From NCBI GenBank assembly GCA_017654855.1, contig CM030335.1, positions 3,286,001-3,350,000 on the forward strand: DNA of 64,000 bases. The letters are read 5' to 3'. Both the position numbers and the translations under genes were made by a program. Every line of letters begins with the position of its first letter. The stretch's first letter is position 1. Below the pieces are notes generated by a model, which saw only the letters and a program-made list of their open reading frames with translations, ran no database searches and had not been told where the DNA came from. This document shows, in pieces, positions 12,465-25,900 of the stretch. Source of the DNA: Podospora anserina (taxonomy: Eukaryota).

Positions 12465-14463
12465 TCACCAACCGCTAAAATCCGCCATCCCCCCCTCCAC
12501 CTCCCCATCACCATCCCCCTCAAGATTACAAATCACCGACGACCCACAGCTCCCATACCCCGAGTCCCTATCACTCAGAAGCCGCCCCTGCCCCTTCCCC
12601 ACCCGAAGCCTGTCCCCAGCACTAACATCCCGCTCATACGCCCCCCTAACCACCCCATCCAATTTCATCTCTTTTCCCCTCTCCCTCTCAGCACAATCCG
12701 CCAGGGCCATCGCCCACGCTGGAGTCTCGCTGATCGCAGACCCTGGCTCTGCCCTTGCTGAACCGGCCACAGCTGAGTCGAGATACCAAGAATAGGAGCG
12801 GAGAGAATGTTCTACTAAATCTGCCATTGCGGCTAGACAAACAGACGCCAGGCCGGGAATAGTGGCGGTAATTTCGGAGAGGGTGGAATGTAAAGGGATG
12901 ACGTACCCGTCGCCGGTGCAGTCTGTCGAGACGAGGTGGCCGTAGACGGTTTTGGAGATGGGGTTTATCACCCAGGCGCCCGAGTCGCCGTTGTCAACTT
13001 GCTGAAGTTCAGTTATACTGACACAAGATGGGGAAAAACCGAAAAAGGGGCTTACCTTGGTAGGTCTCGTCTAGTGTTAGAGTGTAAGCTTGTACAAATC
13101 CGTGGTCGGGGGACAGCATCAGGCCTGCGGGGAGGTGTGATAGAGACCCGTGTTTTACTCCTGTCTGGCTGAGGAGTTCGACTTCTATGGAGGCCATGTC
13201 TGGGAAGGTGGATGGTTCGGCAAGGGCGAGCTCGTCGGCTCGGGCTTTGAAGTGAGAGCGGGCCGATGATTGGAGGCGGAGGTTGGGTTTGAGGTTGGAT
13301 TTGGTGATTTCGAAGAGGGCCCAGTCGCGGGGTGGGATTTTGAGGTCTGAGCTACAGGTATTAATGGGCAAAGAAGGGTGGATGAGCTGTCCAAGGAGTG
13401 GCTTTTGCGGTTGGGGCTGCTGGGGGGGTTCTTCTTCCGTCTCGTCTCCTTCCGAGTCCGAGCCGTCATCATCATCCAGCAAACCTTCCAGAGCATGCGC
13501 AGCGGTCATCCCCACAATTTGAACCTCCCCGTCGTGATTCGTCAGTTTGACCAGTCCCCCGATAGTAGACGCAACAGATTTGCCCCCCGCCGTCCCAAGC
13601 CGTATCCCCTCCCCACACCAAGTCGGCAGCCCCTTATCGTTCACGCTCAGAGCTGACCCCCCCTCCCAAGTCACCTCCACCATCTGTAAAAACCTCTTCT
13701 TCGCCGCCTCCCCCACAATCACCACCTCAAAGTTCGTCACGAACCCATCACCAGGGCAATACAGCTCCCTCACCCCCCGCTCCCTTATCACCCCCTCCAA
13801 CCCCGCAGTCTGATCAGTCGACACAAAAATCACAATCGACGGCCTGGCTGTCTCTGCCGTTTTGCCCACCATCATCAACCTCATCGTCAGGACCACCTCC
13901 TCCCCGTCCCTTTTCTTTCTCCTCATCCCACTAGGCAGCAAGGAAGACCACTTTTGAGAGCTGGCGACATGTTTCTGCAGCACTCGCTGAATCTCAGGCA
14001 TGATCTCCCTGAAGCGGGAAACTGCCTGAAACGAGGGCTCCATGCCCGTGCCACGGAAGATGAGGATGTCATCTCTTCCTGGCAGGGGGCTGCTTTTGAT
14101 ATCTGATGGCTTGCTTGGCTTGTTGTTGAGGAGGGCACTGAGGAGGGATTTGGGGGGGTGGGAGTCTAGGGAGTCAACAGATTGGAGGCTGGATTGGGTG
14201 CCGTAGCCTGAGTCGGGGAGTTGTTGGTCTTCGGGTTCTAGCTCGAGCTTTTCTGAGTCTGAGTCTGAGGAGTAGTCCGGGTTGTGCCGGCGAGGACGCT
14301 GGCGTGGGAAGTGGTGTGGATGATGACGCTTTTTGGTGCGTGGTGGGGGACAGGCTATTGGTTGGTAGAGGGAGTTTGGTGAGATTTCATGGCGGGAGAC
14401 GATGTGAATTGGGGAGGGCTGGTGCCCTGGGGCAGGTTGGATGGGGACTGGGTTCCGCGACAT
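12465..14463 (-). CDS. Trypsin/chymotrypsin-like serine protease with a long N-terminal region and no signal peptide (protease 1)
   Basis: Triad motifs MTAAH, RDWALF and GDSGAWV. The last is revealed by splicing intron 13055-12998, which joins ORFs 13009..14463 and 12465..12971. Confidence 0.85.
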
Positions 14464-15265
14464 GGTCTTTGGTCCTGAAAATACAGGAAAATTGGAGTTT
14501 GTTAAGAATTATTTCCGAAATTTGAGGCACGATGTTTTGGGATTAAACACTTTCGAGTTGTTGACCTCTGGAAAAGGGGAGGCCACCTGAGCTCAGGGGC
14601 TGAGGTGTAAGGCATCGAGGCGCAGCTAGTGACCTGCATGGGAGGGTCAGTCTCATGACAGCTTCGCAGCCAATTGAACAACTGGTTCCCTTCGAGCTTT
14701 TAGACAGCAATCTATCCGGCAGATGCACAAATATGTTTCACGTTGAGTTTTCAACGTCATCTGGAGGGCCACGGCACTTTATTGGGCTCGTTGATGTGTT
14801 TGATCAGCCCACCTTTCGTTGCACTGGGTTGTGGTTGACAAATCCACTTGAACTGCAATCGACTGTGTGAATTATCGCCAAGGGCGGCATGGGAACATGA
14901 AAAATGGCACTATTGATGGTCGCTTTGAACGGCTTTGAATTCATCGACAACCAGACTATGACGAGTGGACAACACCTTGCTATATTTTCGTGCTGTAAAC
15001 CCCATTGCCTGTGCATTAGCGCAGGATATCAAGTGCGTGAAACTTACCTTAGTCATTGGTGTTTCCTCATATCTATTCAAGCCATTCGACTCCGTTGAAG
15101 GTCCCTTGACTATATCTAAACTCCTACACTCTTGCAGAGCATATGCCCAGAAACCCCCCAAATACTTCGGTAAATAGGTACACCCTTCACAGAGAGCATA
15201 TATCAAGTTTAGGTAACTTCCTCCCCAGACAGCATAGCATGCCTCGTCGCGATCCAAAGCGTGAC

Positions 15266-16670
15266 CTAACCCCCCCTCTCCAACTGTTCCCTCTCCAACT
15301 GTTCCCTCTCCAACCCCCACGTCTGCCACGAAATCCTATCTTCTATTAGCTCCCTCCTCTCCCCTCTTCAGGTCATCACTGAAAGTAACTCACCAAGCCT
15401 GAAAAACCCCCACCCCCAACCCCAAAACCCCCAACACCACCGCCGCCATAACCCCCGCAATAGTAGCCATCATCACATGCCTGCTCTTGCTCCTCCTCTC
15501 AAGCCAAACATCCAGCCCCGACCTCGGCTTCGGGTTCTCAATCTCGTCGTACAGATCCATCAACCTCGACCCCCAGACACCAAATTTTATCACTTTTTCC
15601 CTCTCTTCCGGCCCGAGTTCAAATGCTGAGAGGCCGGATGTTTTGAACCGGAGGATATCCGGGTCGAAGCCCGATTTGGAGACTAGGGATCGGAGAAGGG
15701 ATTGGGATTTGGGGGAGGAGGGGGGGAAGAGGAGGTGGAGCGTGTGGAGGGTTTCGAGGGCTAGGGGGCGGGGAAGAGGAGGGGGGGCGCAGGTGTTATC
15801 TTGTCTGTCGTGGGCGGTGAAGGGGAGGAGAAGGTTTTCTTTGAGGAGTGAGCTCCAGGAAAAGATCTTCACCACGCCTTGTGATTCATCCAGTTTGAGG
15901 TGCTCGCGCAGGTCATCAGTCTTTTCCAACTTCAAACCCGCTTTCTGGACCAAATTGTGAGCCTGCAGCCCCTTTTTGACAGCATGCGCGTGCCGGTCGG
16001 TTTCCTGAAGGGAGGGGTGGACCCGAACCGGAAAAGTCTCCTCAATCTTAAACGGGTCGGATCCTAAGTCGGTATGATTATGAACCCTGCTGTGAAGCTC
16101 GTCCTCCACCGAGGGTTGCGGACTGGTCATCGTCATGATGCGCAACGCGAGATCAATAGCCCTATCCTGATCTCCCCTCGGCACACCCCTCTCCTCGAAA
16201 ACAAACTTTCGAAAGGTCTCCCTGCTGGTATCCCGCCCGTAGACTCGCAGTTTCGTGATCAGCTCGAACAGATCCTCATGACAAGACAACGCCGCCGCTT
16301 GGCTGTCCTGTTCAAAATCCTCAGGTACGTAACCCCGTGTAAGCCGTCGGTAGATGTCGAAAAATGGCATTAACCTATCACTTCGCTGAGACCAGGGGCA
16401 TGATGTCGGGTTTTGGCAGGTTGTGTCCTCAAAACAGCCAGGGCACATATCCCAGTCCCAGAGCGCAGCACATAACCCCTTGAGATTCTCCCGAGTTACA
16501 GTTCGAAGCGGGAAAACGTGTAAACTGGTGACGGAAGCTTTGGAACGTTGAGAGGCGGCTCTGTTGACTACCCTCATGATGTCTTCGTTCTGGTCATCGT
16601 TATCATTTGATTGGGAGGACAAGGTTGTGAGTTGGATGGCTGTCTCTTCGTCGCGTGAAGTATCCCCCAT
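15266..16670 (-). CDS. Uncharacterised protein with a single C-terminal TM helix (TM-partner 1; DUF247-like by eye)
   Basis: 426-aa ORF; intron 15393-15336 adds ...FQAWISWQTWGLEREQLEREQLERGG*; hydrophobic stretch VMMATIAGVMAAVVLGVLGLGVGVF; homologous to 38022-39201. Confidence 0.85.
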
Positions 16671-17002
16671 TTATGTAGCATTTGCACAATCCTTGGTTGT
16701 TACTAATTCAGAACAAGATGATAAGCGGTGGCGACGGCAGGCGGTGATCCAGGAGTCTTTAAAAGCTGTTTGTTCCCCGCAGGTGCAATGCGATGAGGCC
16801 AATGGATGACTGACAGGGGTGCCGACCTAAGCATGCACCGCCTGCACGCTGCTGTGCGACAATGGCAAGGCACAACCGCAATAGTGAACAGCAGATGATT
16901 CCAACATGAACAAGAGAACTTCAATATTTTTGTGTATCCAAAATCCACGCTATGCTAAATTCCAAGATTTGTACAGAGATTTCCCGTCCCCCCCCTCCCC
17001 CG

Positions 17003-19510
17003 CTATCTTCTCTCCTTTCTCGCGACATCGGCCCAGCTTTGATGTGTTGGCATCGAAGGCACCTTGAACATTGAAGACCTGTGGCCGTCAAGATGCGCGT
17101 GCGCCGCCCGCGGCGATGAGAGGGCCGAACTGCTGGGGTGAGGGCTACCCATGCTCGCGGTAGCAGCAATATTGGAGCTGGCAACACTGGCACTGTCCAG
17201 GATGCTATTCCTCCTGGTACAAACACTCTCCCTCCGCACCATACCAGTGATACCAAGACCATACCTCATTTCTACTGTTTGGTCCTCTTCCGAGCCTCCA
17301 TGGTCAACATGCTCGTATGACTCTCCGGTGTGCGAGTTCTTTCTCTCCTGAGTCAGGGCCGGAGTACCCATGGCTGGGGTTCCTGCAGCACTCGTCTCGG
17401 CGAGTGAATGCTTGGAGCTTTCGAGGCGACTGAAGACCGAACTGTTCATGCTGTATGTTGTGCTGTCTGTCGATGACGGGTCACGGTTGAGGATGGGGGT
17501 TCCGGCACGGATGGGTGTGGCAGGGTTGACAGGCTGGGGTAGACGAGAGCCAGAATTCCGAGAACGAAGGGTGTAGCCTGCAAGGTCTGGGTTCGGACTA
17601 CCGGGAGTGGCCGCGCCAGGCGAAGGTGTGTTTGCGAGGCGATTCATCGAATCACGACGGGGTATCATGGTGGGATTGAGAGAATCTCGTCGGGGCAGTA
17701 GATGAGGAGACATTGCCTTTGGGACAGCGGCAGCTACCAAATGGGGAGATGCAGGCTTGGAAGAGACGGCGCCTGCGGCCGTTTGCGAGTAGGTGAGCTT
17801 GGATCCAGGGACAGCAGTTGGTGCTGCAAGCTTTGTCTGCGTTTTAACCGGAGGCGACAAAGGCGCTGCAGGATCATTGGGAATGGGATGTGTACGTGGT
17901 CGCATTCGCATCATGAGGCCACCGTGAGCTGGATCTGAGGCAGGTCGGGGGAGGGTTGGTCGCGGTTGGCGTTTGTACGTTTGCTGGAATTCTGCAAGTT
18001 GTGCTGTGAGGCGCTTGCATTCACTTTGTTCCTTCTTGAGAAGATCCTGGAGCCGGGCAACGTTCTCGGCCTGGGCGTTTCGCTCTTTCAGAATCCGGGA
18101 CTCGTAGGTATCGTCCTTGGCCTCCAGAACCTCCAAGCGCTTGGCCATATTCATGTGATCAGCTTTCAGGCGATCGCGTTCGTCAACAAGAGCCCTGATC
18201 TTGGTGTTGATCCGATCAGTCACAAAGCGGGCACTCTTCTTGCAGCAATGCGAATGGTAGACTTGTTCCACGCCGCCCAGGTCAATAAGTTCAGCATCCA
18301 CCTGGAAAATGGATGGTCGGCGTTCGGCATCGAGATGGAGCATTTGTGACACCAAGTGCAGAGTGTGCTTTGGTGCAAAGGTGAAGGCGTTGACATCTTG
18401 GACCTCCTGAGTCGCCAGAGCCAAACGCTCCAGTTTGGGAAGGTAGGCGTTGATCTTGTCATCGCGACCTCGAAGCGTTAGATCAGCAATAATTTCGTCA
18501 AAATCAGCCAGGTCCCCTCCATGGATAACGGTGGCGATGTTCAGCAAGACAAGGCCGAGCGAGTAAACTTCAGCCGCCTGCATGGACCAGTCGCACTGCA
18601 CTTGGTTGAGTTCAGGGGCTCTCCATTTTGGGGTTCCGGCAGGTCCTCGGGTCATTGTGTGATCTCGTTCGCCCACGTCTTTTGCGATGCCAAAGTCGGC
18701 GATGTAGACACGTCCGGGGTTCAACAGGATGTTGGAAGGTTTTAGGTCGAGGTGGCGGATCTTTTCCTGGTGGCAGTATGCGACGGCTCGCGCAACGCAT
18801 CCCATCGCTTGTTGTAGGTATTTCAGAGGGCATGTTCCTGTGTTTGGCTGGCTTCTCTTATCCACCGCGCTCAGGTTATGTAGGTCAAGGGTATGCAGGC
18901 GTTTGATGATATCTTCGCGGTCGCCGTCGCCCGACTTGAGATGGTCAATGTCGTTGAACAGGCAATCCAGGTTGCACACGGCGACGGGCCAGAGTAGCAG
19001 GTACAGATTGCTAGAAATGCAGTAGGTGCCAACCAGCTTGACGATGTGATCATGGTCCAGCTTTTCCATCACACTGGCCTCCTCCCGCAGCAGTGATATT
19101 GGGAAGCGCCGATGTGGCGGCCTCACTTGTTTCCTCGCCAGGCATATCGTGCGACCGTTGTTGGCGTAGACGACCTTTTGCACCACTCCAAAGCTCCCGG
19201 TTCCCAGCGGCGTATCGTTGGCGAGTTTGAATCGAGTGTGTAGTCTCTTGGCTTCGGTATGGTCGTCCAAAGGTGTGTGTTTGCCACTGTTGGCTTGATA
19301 TTAGTGATGCCTGGCGCAAGTGGTACCAAGGGCGGTAGGGATATGACTGCTGCCTTACATTCCAGACCAATGTGTATGTGTTCTCTCCCACTCGTTGAGA
19401 ATCTGTCGTTCGCATGCTTCTAGCTCGGCCCAGGCGTCGCGGGAAAGGCGCTGTATACTCGAGTGGGTGGTGGGCATCACCGTTTGCCAGCCATTGCCAG
19501 AATCACCCAT
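17003..19510 (-). CDS. Ser/Thr protein kinase with coiled coil and long disordered C-terminus
   Basis: GTGSFG, LARK, HLDLKPSN, DFG and APE motifs. Upstream exon from ATG 19510 (MGDSGNGW...) is joined by intron 19358-19287. Confidence 0.9.
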
Positions 19511-20991
19511 GCTTGTTAACGGTTCTGACAGCGGCAAACAGCGGAGACGGTGGAGAGAACGGATGAACTGGTGGGTTTCGACGGTAAACAAACTGGTTAT
19601 ATAGTGTATCTCAAACAAGCAGAGACACCATGACGATGTTCAAGAAATACAAGGCGGAGGAGAGGACTGTTGATGTGAGAATTCAGGCCAGAACTTACTT
19701 GTAACAGGAGAAATCGCCAAAAAGAGCCGGCCGGTGTCCCTCTGGCGCTGCTGCAGGTGAGGGCGGTGGAAGAAACGTTTTGGTGCCGAGCACTGCCCCT
19801 GCAAACTCTACTGGGAGCGGCGGAGCAAGCGGGGGAGGTGGAGCCAATGAAGATCCGATTCGACATGGATGCCATTGGCCAATTTGTCTTGGAGTCCGTA
19901 GGGCTGGGTCAACCTTTTTTCTGCCATCGTTTCTTTTGGGATTTTCTCCAATCTGAAAAGATGCAAACAAGCTTTTCGTTGATCATGATTTTTCCTTCCT
20001 CCCGACACTGAGCTCGAAGGATGAGCCGGGCATAGACTGACGACCCCCATGGCTCCTAGCTCACCTCAGGGCATAAGGTATCGTGAGGGAGGGGTTTGCT
20101 AACATTGACGTCGGGAACATGGACTGTTGTCAATTTGGGGGTTCTCATTTGAGAGAAGTCTTCTAATGAAACGACAGGGAAAAGGAGCAACATCGCCGGG
20201 AGGATGAGGGCATTCATAACCAGCTGGTAACCATTGGGAAAGTTCACCAAGACGGGCATGGCCTTAGTCCCCGGCTTGGGACGACTAGCTCCCACTGACT
20301 GCTGGGTTAGCTCAGTATCTTAGATTAACATCGGTTCCAATTGGGGTTACCAAAAATTGCTAAGAGATGTTAGTCGGCCACGAGCTCACTTGACGTTGAG
20401 TAATCACCAAATGCTCTTTGCGACTTCAGATCATTGAGGACAGCATAGGACTCCTGTCCGTTTGTCATCCTTGGACTATGTCATCTCAATCGCCGATAAC
20501 GTGTACTGTCGCACTGGCATTACTCAGCACGTCCGTGAGCGAGGCTTGATGAACACAGAGAAAGGCCCATGCCACAGAAGCAACTCATATACTAAGCACC
20601 CCTGGCCCGAACCCCAACAACTGCAAAGAGACCCTTGTAGGGACACCGCCGGCTGACCAACGCCCACTTCCGATCGTTGGGACGAGATTGTCGCCAGCTC
20701 TTGACCTGGACAGATCTGTTGCCTCTTTTAGCATTGTGGTTTTGGAAGGGCGGTACTACGAATTTTCAGGGAATTGATCACTTCCCCGAGGCTGGTTTTA
20801 ACCTGTTCTGCGACAACGCAGTGAATATCTCACATATTGAACACCACTTATAAGTCGTCAGGCAGCAAAGAAACTTCTCGTTACACCGTGGGTCAAGGCT
20901 ACACGTCCACGGACAACTGGTCCCAAGACAGCTGGGGTCCTGGACACAGACGTTTATTGTGTCCTGATGCGCCGAGGACACGGCAGAACAT

Positions 20992-23011
20992 ATGTCTGAG
21001 ACGACTACCGAGGAAGACGAAGAGGTCCACCCAATGCGTTACTCGCAAGGCGACCTCGCCATCCTCAGCGCCGAGGTCTACAACCCGGGCTTTTCCTACA
21101 ACACATCTACCAAGGCACAAGTGTCAAAGAAGGGACGCCCTGCGGCATCAAATTTGGATACCGGTCCGAGGAAACGTGCAAAGACCCAGGCCACCGAGAC
21201 AGAGAATGAACCAGAAGAAAAGAAGCGGTCAAGAGGGCGACCGCGCCTGGACGTGAAGGATGTGTCACCCAAGGACGTGAGTGCGACGGTTATGCTTCAG
21301 ACTGATAGCTGGTTTTGACGTTGGGACAGCGCCGAAGAACACAGGTGCGCCTCGCTCAGCGGGCCTATCGCAACCGAAAGGAAGAGGCTATTCAGACTCT
21401 CGAAAAGCAAGTCCAGGAGCTCAAGGAGAAGAACCAGGAGATGAACAATGCCTTTCTACGGCTGTCCGATTTCGCAACGAGTATGGGCTTCTTGGAGCAG
21501 TTACCAGAACTTGGACACCAGCTGCGCCTGACAACCGAGAGATTCCTGTCGCTGGCCAAGAGCACTACTGGTCAAGAAGGGAACAGCGGCCAACCGGCTT
21601 CTACTTCTAGTGACGGCTCGTCATCCCGAGACAGGTCGGAAAGCGCACCAGCCGACCCCCAGATCCCATCAACAGTCGCCGATAAGCCACCACAACAACA
21701 AACACAATTGTATGGCGGGCTCATGGTCAGCCATGAATCGGCTAGCCAGCCGACCAGCATTGTGTCTGCTCTCCCCCATGACTTTGGACAGTCCATGCCG
21801 TCAACGGCTCTTGGCTACGAAATTGTCACGCACCCAACCCTCACCAACGCTAGCTTTCCGTTCCAGACAACTCCAGACTTGACCTTCCTAGACCAGTTCA
21901 CCACACCAGGTCTCCACAGCTCTCTCCCAGCGCCCCGGTCTTACGCCCCTCACGAGATCACATTCGGCCGAAGACTCCAACGATTCGCCATCGAGAAAGC
22001 TCTCGTCCTCATCTCCATGCCGGACCCCCCCGAGAACCGGATCACCCGTGTCTTTGGCTTTTGTCTCCTCTTCGAAACACCCGACCTCATCAAGCGCCGT
22101 CTCGCCAGACAAGTAGCCCGCAACGCGCAAGACACCCTTCACAACTGGCAGTTTCCCTTCCACCACCTCGGCGGCGCCGGCACACACTACGATGTCACCA
22201 CGGGAATCACCTCGCAGCGAATCGGCAACCAGGGCACAAGCGATGTTCTCAAACCAGCCAACACATCCGGCTTCGCGACCGGTCCATTCAGCCCAGAAGT
22301 GAACCGGATACGAGACAATGCCTTGGACAAAAACATGCGGATAGAAACCCCTGGATTCGGAGGGGACTTGCTCGACCCGGATGAGGTGGAGATTTATCTC
22401 CAGGAAAGGGGCGTTATTATTCCTTCCGGGACAGACTTCATCACGGCAGAGGTTGACCCAACGGCATTTGACACCCCAGAGTCGGGGAAGTATCCGTTCA
22501 AGAGTGCGGCGGGGGCACACCCGGAGTTTTCGTCACTTTCGAGTCCTTTGACGGCGGGGCGTGCTTCCCGACCGCCGATGCCGAGTAGTAATACCTTTGG
22601 AGATCAGTCGCGAGAGTCAGGCTGGGGGAATCACATGACTAGCGGGGGAAACGTCAAGATTGATTCGCTGGGAAGCTTCTCACAGGCCCGTTCATACACA
22701 ATGGGCGTGCCGTCAACATCTCATGATGCTGAGTTGAGAGATTTGTTTGCTTTTTCGGGGGGTATGGAGAGCAATGGTGGTTTTGGGGAGGGGTCACAGC
22801 ACCAACAGTCACTGCCGAGACAGAGGGTAACGGTTGATGTTCATCAGTTTATTAAGGGTAAGTTCTGATGGGATGTTTTGCTTATGAAATCGTTTGTGTG
22901 CTGATATTCTGCATCATAGGAATGGTAAGCAATGCCACCTGTTTAGGTCGAACACCTGGGTTCAGGCAGGAGCACATAAATGCAGCGTTTTGGCTGGCAG
23001 TGCAGAGTTAG
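20992..23011 (+). CDS. bZIP transcription factor
   Basis: KKRSRGRPR, then RRRTQVRLAQRAYRNRKE and a leucine zipper; introns at ~21277-21330 and ~22858-22919; C-terminal CLGRTPGFR motif. Confidence 0.88.
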
Positions 23012-23129
23012 CTGATAAGCATCTTTGTATCATAGTATGGAACAGGCAACCATGAACCCATGATATATCTTCTGTTATCATATACAACAATGAGGCAATC
23101 CAATTTGTCCTCTTCATATTTGTTTTCCC

Positions 23130-24328
23130 TCACTTCTTCTGGTCTTCTACTACCACATCCTCCGGCAGCGGAGCCCTATCACTCCCCTCCGTAAACCTCC
23201 CCTTCCTCACCCCCTCCAAATACCTCTTCTTACTAACCGGCAACCCCCTCTTCTTCCTTTCCTCCTCATGATAATACCTCCCCGCCTCCCTCCCCTTCTT
23301 ATTCCTCCTCCAGCTCGTCCTCATCTTGAACACCTCCTCCTCCGTCACCTCCCCCCTCTCCACCCGCTCCCTATCCTCCTTTTTCATCTGCTCCTCCTCC
23401 ACCCGTTCAATCTCCAAAAACGCCTCCGCCCTAGCAATCATATCCTCCCTCTCCCTATTCAACTCCCTCCCCAACCAGCCAACAACCTCATCCAACTCCC
23501 TCGCATACCCCCCCGACCCGCCCGCCTTCCCCAACGGAAGCAGCTGGTGCATCTTCCCATCCCACTCATCCTCCAACTCAGCCCTCAACCTCCGCTCATC
23601 ATCCTCCCGGTAAAGCTCAGACAACGCAATGGTATTAACAGCCCTGTTCCTATTCTTAATCCTCACAATCCTCTCGATAACCCTAGATTGCGGTTTCTGC
23701 ATCCTAAGAAACGGCACCGTCCCCGCGGCGTCCAACCGTGGCGGTTTCCGTATCCCGTTTGGAATTTGCTCTATCGGTCGTGGTAACGGACGGGCAGGGT
23801 TGGGGATGTATCTAGGTGGCTCCCCCTCTTTCGACACCTTCACCACGACTGGAACCGTCCCCGGGATCGGGGTATTACTCGGCTCCAGATCAAGGAGACG
23901 TTCCCTCCTTTCGCGGAGGGATTCCACCCGTTTTTTGTTTTCTCTCAGAAAGTCCACAATTTGGGTATACGGGGAAGTCAAAGGGTCGGCAGCGGAGGAG
24001 AGCAGAGTCAGGGCGTTGTACCCGTTTTTAAGGGCCGAGGTGATCAGCCGGGGGGAGACATCGTGCTTGTTACGTCTGAAAGCGTTGCGGATTATGGTCT
24101 CTATCGGGGGAGGTGTGGGCTTGGTTGGTTTCGCTGGGGGGATGTACAGCGACGGGTCGTCAGTGATGGAAGGGAGGGGGACGAGCGAGGCGGTGCGGAG
24201 GAGGGCTCTGTAGAGGGCGAGGCCTGTCGATTGTCAGTAATTATCTGGTCGAGGGGCATGGGGAGAAAAGAGGACAGACATGCTATCCTATGCCGCGACG
24301 AGCGGGCGGGTTGAAAAAACAACGGCAT
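23130..24328 (-). CDS. LYR-motif (Complex1_LYR-like) probable mitochondrial protein
   Basis: Spliced N-terminus MPLFFQPARSSRHRIACLALYRALLR... (intron ~24277-24224) continues into ORF 23130..23981. Confidence 0.7.
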
Positions 24329-24741
24329 TCATGTATCCATCGCCGCCAAGGTTGGCGATCACCGTTTGATGCGACTTTGAGAAATGGCAGCCTCGAAACT
24401 TTTTTGGAGAGAGCTCAAAGCGTCAAAATTACTTGGCGCACGCGCGTGGCACCGCGCAGGGATCCGCGCGGTCACGTGTGCCCATTAAACACCTGGGACG
24501 TCATCGCACTGAGCCTTGAATGGAGTGAAGAGATCCAAAGGGATTGTCATTTTGAATTGTTCGTATTTGCTTTCTCATTGTGTCCGGCCATCCCATCAAC
24601 GCCTACAAGACCTTTCCGTTCGCTAATCAAACCCCCAGCCGACGCCCTCCTGGATCCCGCTGCGTTTGCCCATTCCCTCGGGAACAATCTAGAAGTCGCT
24701 CTAAAAAACGTCTTTGTCATGCCATGTTGCGCCTCTTTCAC

Positions 24742-25414
24742 CTACTTGTAGACGGCATACTTGGAGCCCTCAGGGGGCTGGGGAAGCTTCTTATGTTCGT
24801 CCATATATCTGCGAAAGACGGAGGTCAGCAACATGTTGTCCCAGTCTCTTGTCCCATGTCCACATATCTACTCACTTCCTGATCGCAATAAGAGCAGCCT
24901 CCAAACTCAAAGGGTCTTCCTTGGGCCTTGGGTTCTTGGCCAACTCGGTAGCAATGCGGGTCCAGTCGCGGAGAATAGCCACGGCGTTGGGGTCGACCTT
25001 GCCGTCTGTTGGGCTGACACCGGGCAGGTTGATCTGGCTGACGAAGTGGATGACGGGTGGCTCCTTGGGGTAGTTTGGGCCGCACTCCATCTTAAGTTCG
25101 TAGATGCGGTTCTCGTGGTGTCCCTGTGGGTGGTCCGTCAGCTTGCCATGATGCGATGGCGGGGTGGTACAGCTTGTCGCAGGGCAAACATACATGAGGA
25201 GGGCCCCAGATGGTACCTCTCCAGTGGGTCATGAAGATATCTTCGGGGTCTTCGAGGCCATATGAGCAAGCACCTGCAGAGGACATCTGGGTTAGTTACT
25301 GCTTGAACTTTTCAGTCAACAACATAGCTTGGACCTACCCGCGCCCATGCCCTTCTCGCCCTTCTCCAGCTCGGCGAGGAGCTTAAAGTTCCTGGGAACC
25401 TGAGCTACCGCCAT
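24742..25414 (-). CDS. MMS2: Ubiquitin-conjugating enzyme variant Mms2/Uev1
   Basis: VPRNFKLLAELEKGEKG, CSYGLED, WRGTIWGPPH, ENRIYEL..CGPNYP..PP and KLPQPPEGSKY motifs; three GT-AG introns. Confidence 0.93.
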
Positions 25415-25900
25415 GGTGGTGTGTGTGGTTATTTGCCGGTGCCAATGTGTGTGTGCAGAGGAGGAGCGAGCAATGCTTCCCAAGTTCGTTTGTCGGATTG
25501 GGCGCGGGGGGTTCAAAGACAGACCGATGGCGGGAAGCCTGGACCACCAGCGTTATGCGGGACTGCGGGGACTTCCAGGTTGCCAAGGCGTCCTGCCAAA
25601 TGGTGGGGTTCAAACACCTGCAGCTCAAAGGCGGTGAGTCTTTGCAGCCTGCTTAGTCAGGCCAGCTCCTGTCTTGGCATGTCCCTGCACCTCCACCGTT
25701 GGAGATGGTTGGTTGGCTGTCCATTCCTCTGGCTGCTATGAGTGGGCATTGGACAGTGGACAACGAATGCATCTCACATCAAAGACGACCCGAAGACCAC
25801 CGCCAGGAATTCCCCACGGTTAACCCTGGACTGTCAGCATATATCGTCGTTTTTCTGCCTATGAAGCCTTGAAAATCCCTTGTCTTTACGAAATGCCATC

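Noticed and set aside
15272-15315. 15-bp tandem repeat (CCCTCTCCAACTGTT)
   Set aside because: Explained as the coding LEREQ repeat in the last exon of TM-partner 1.
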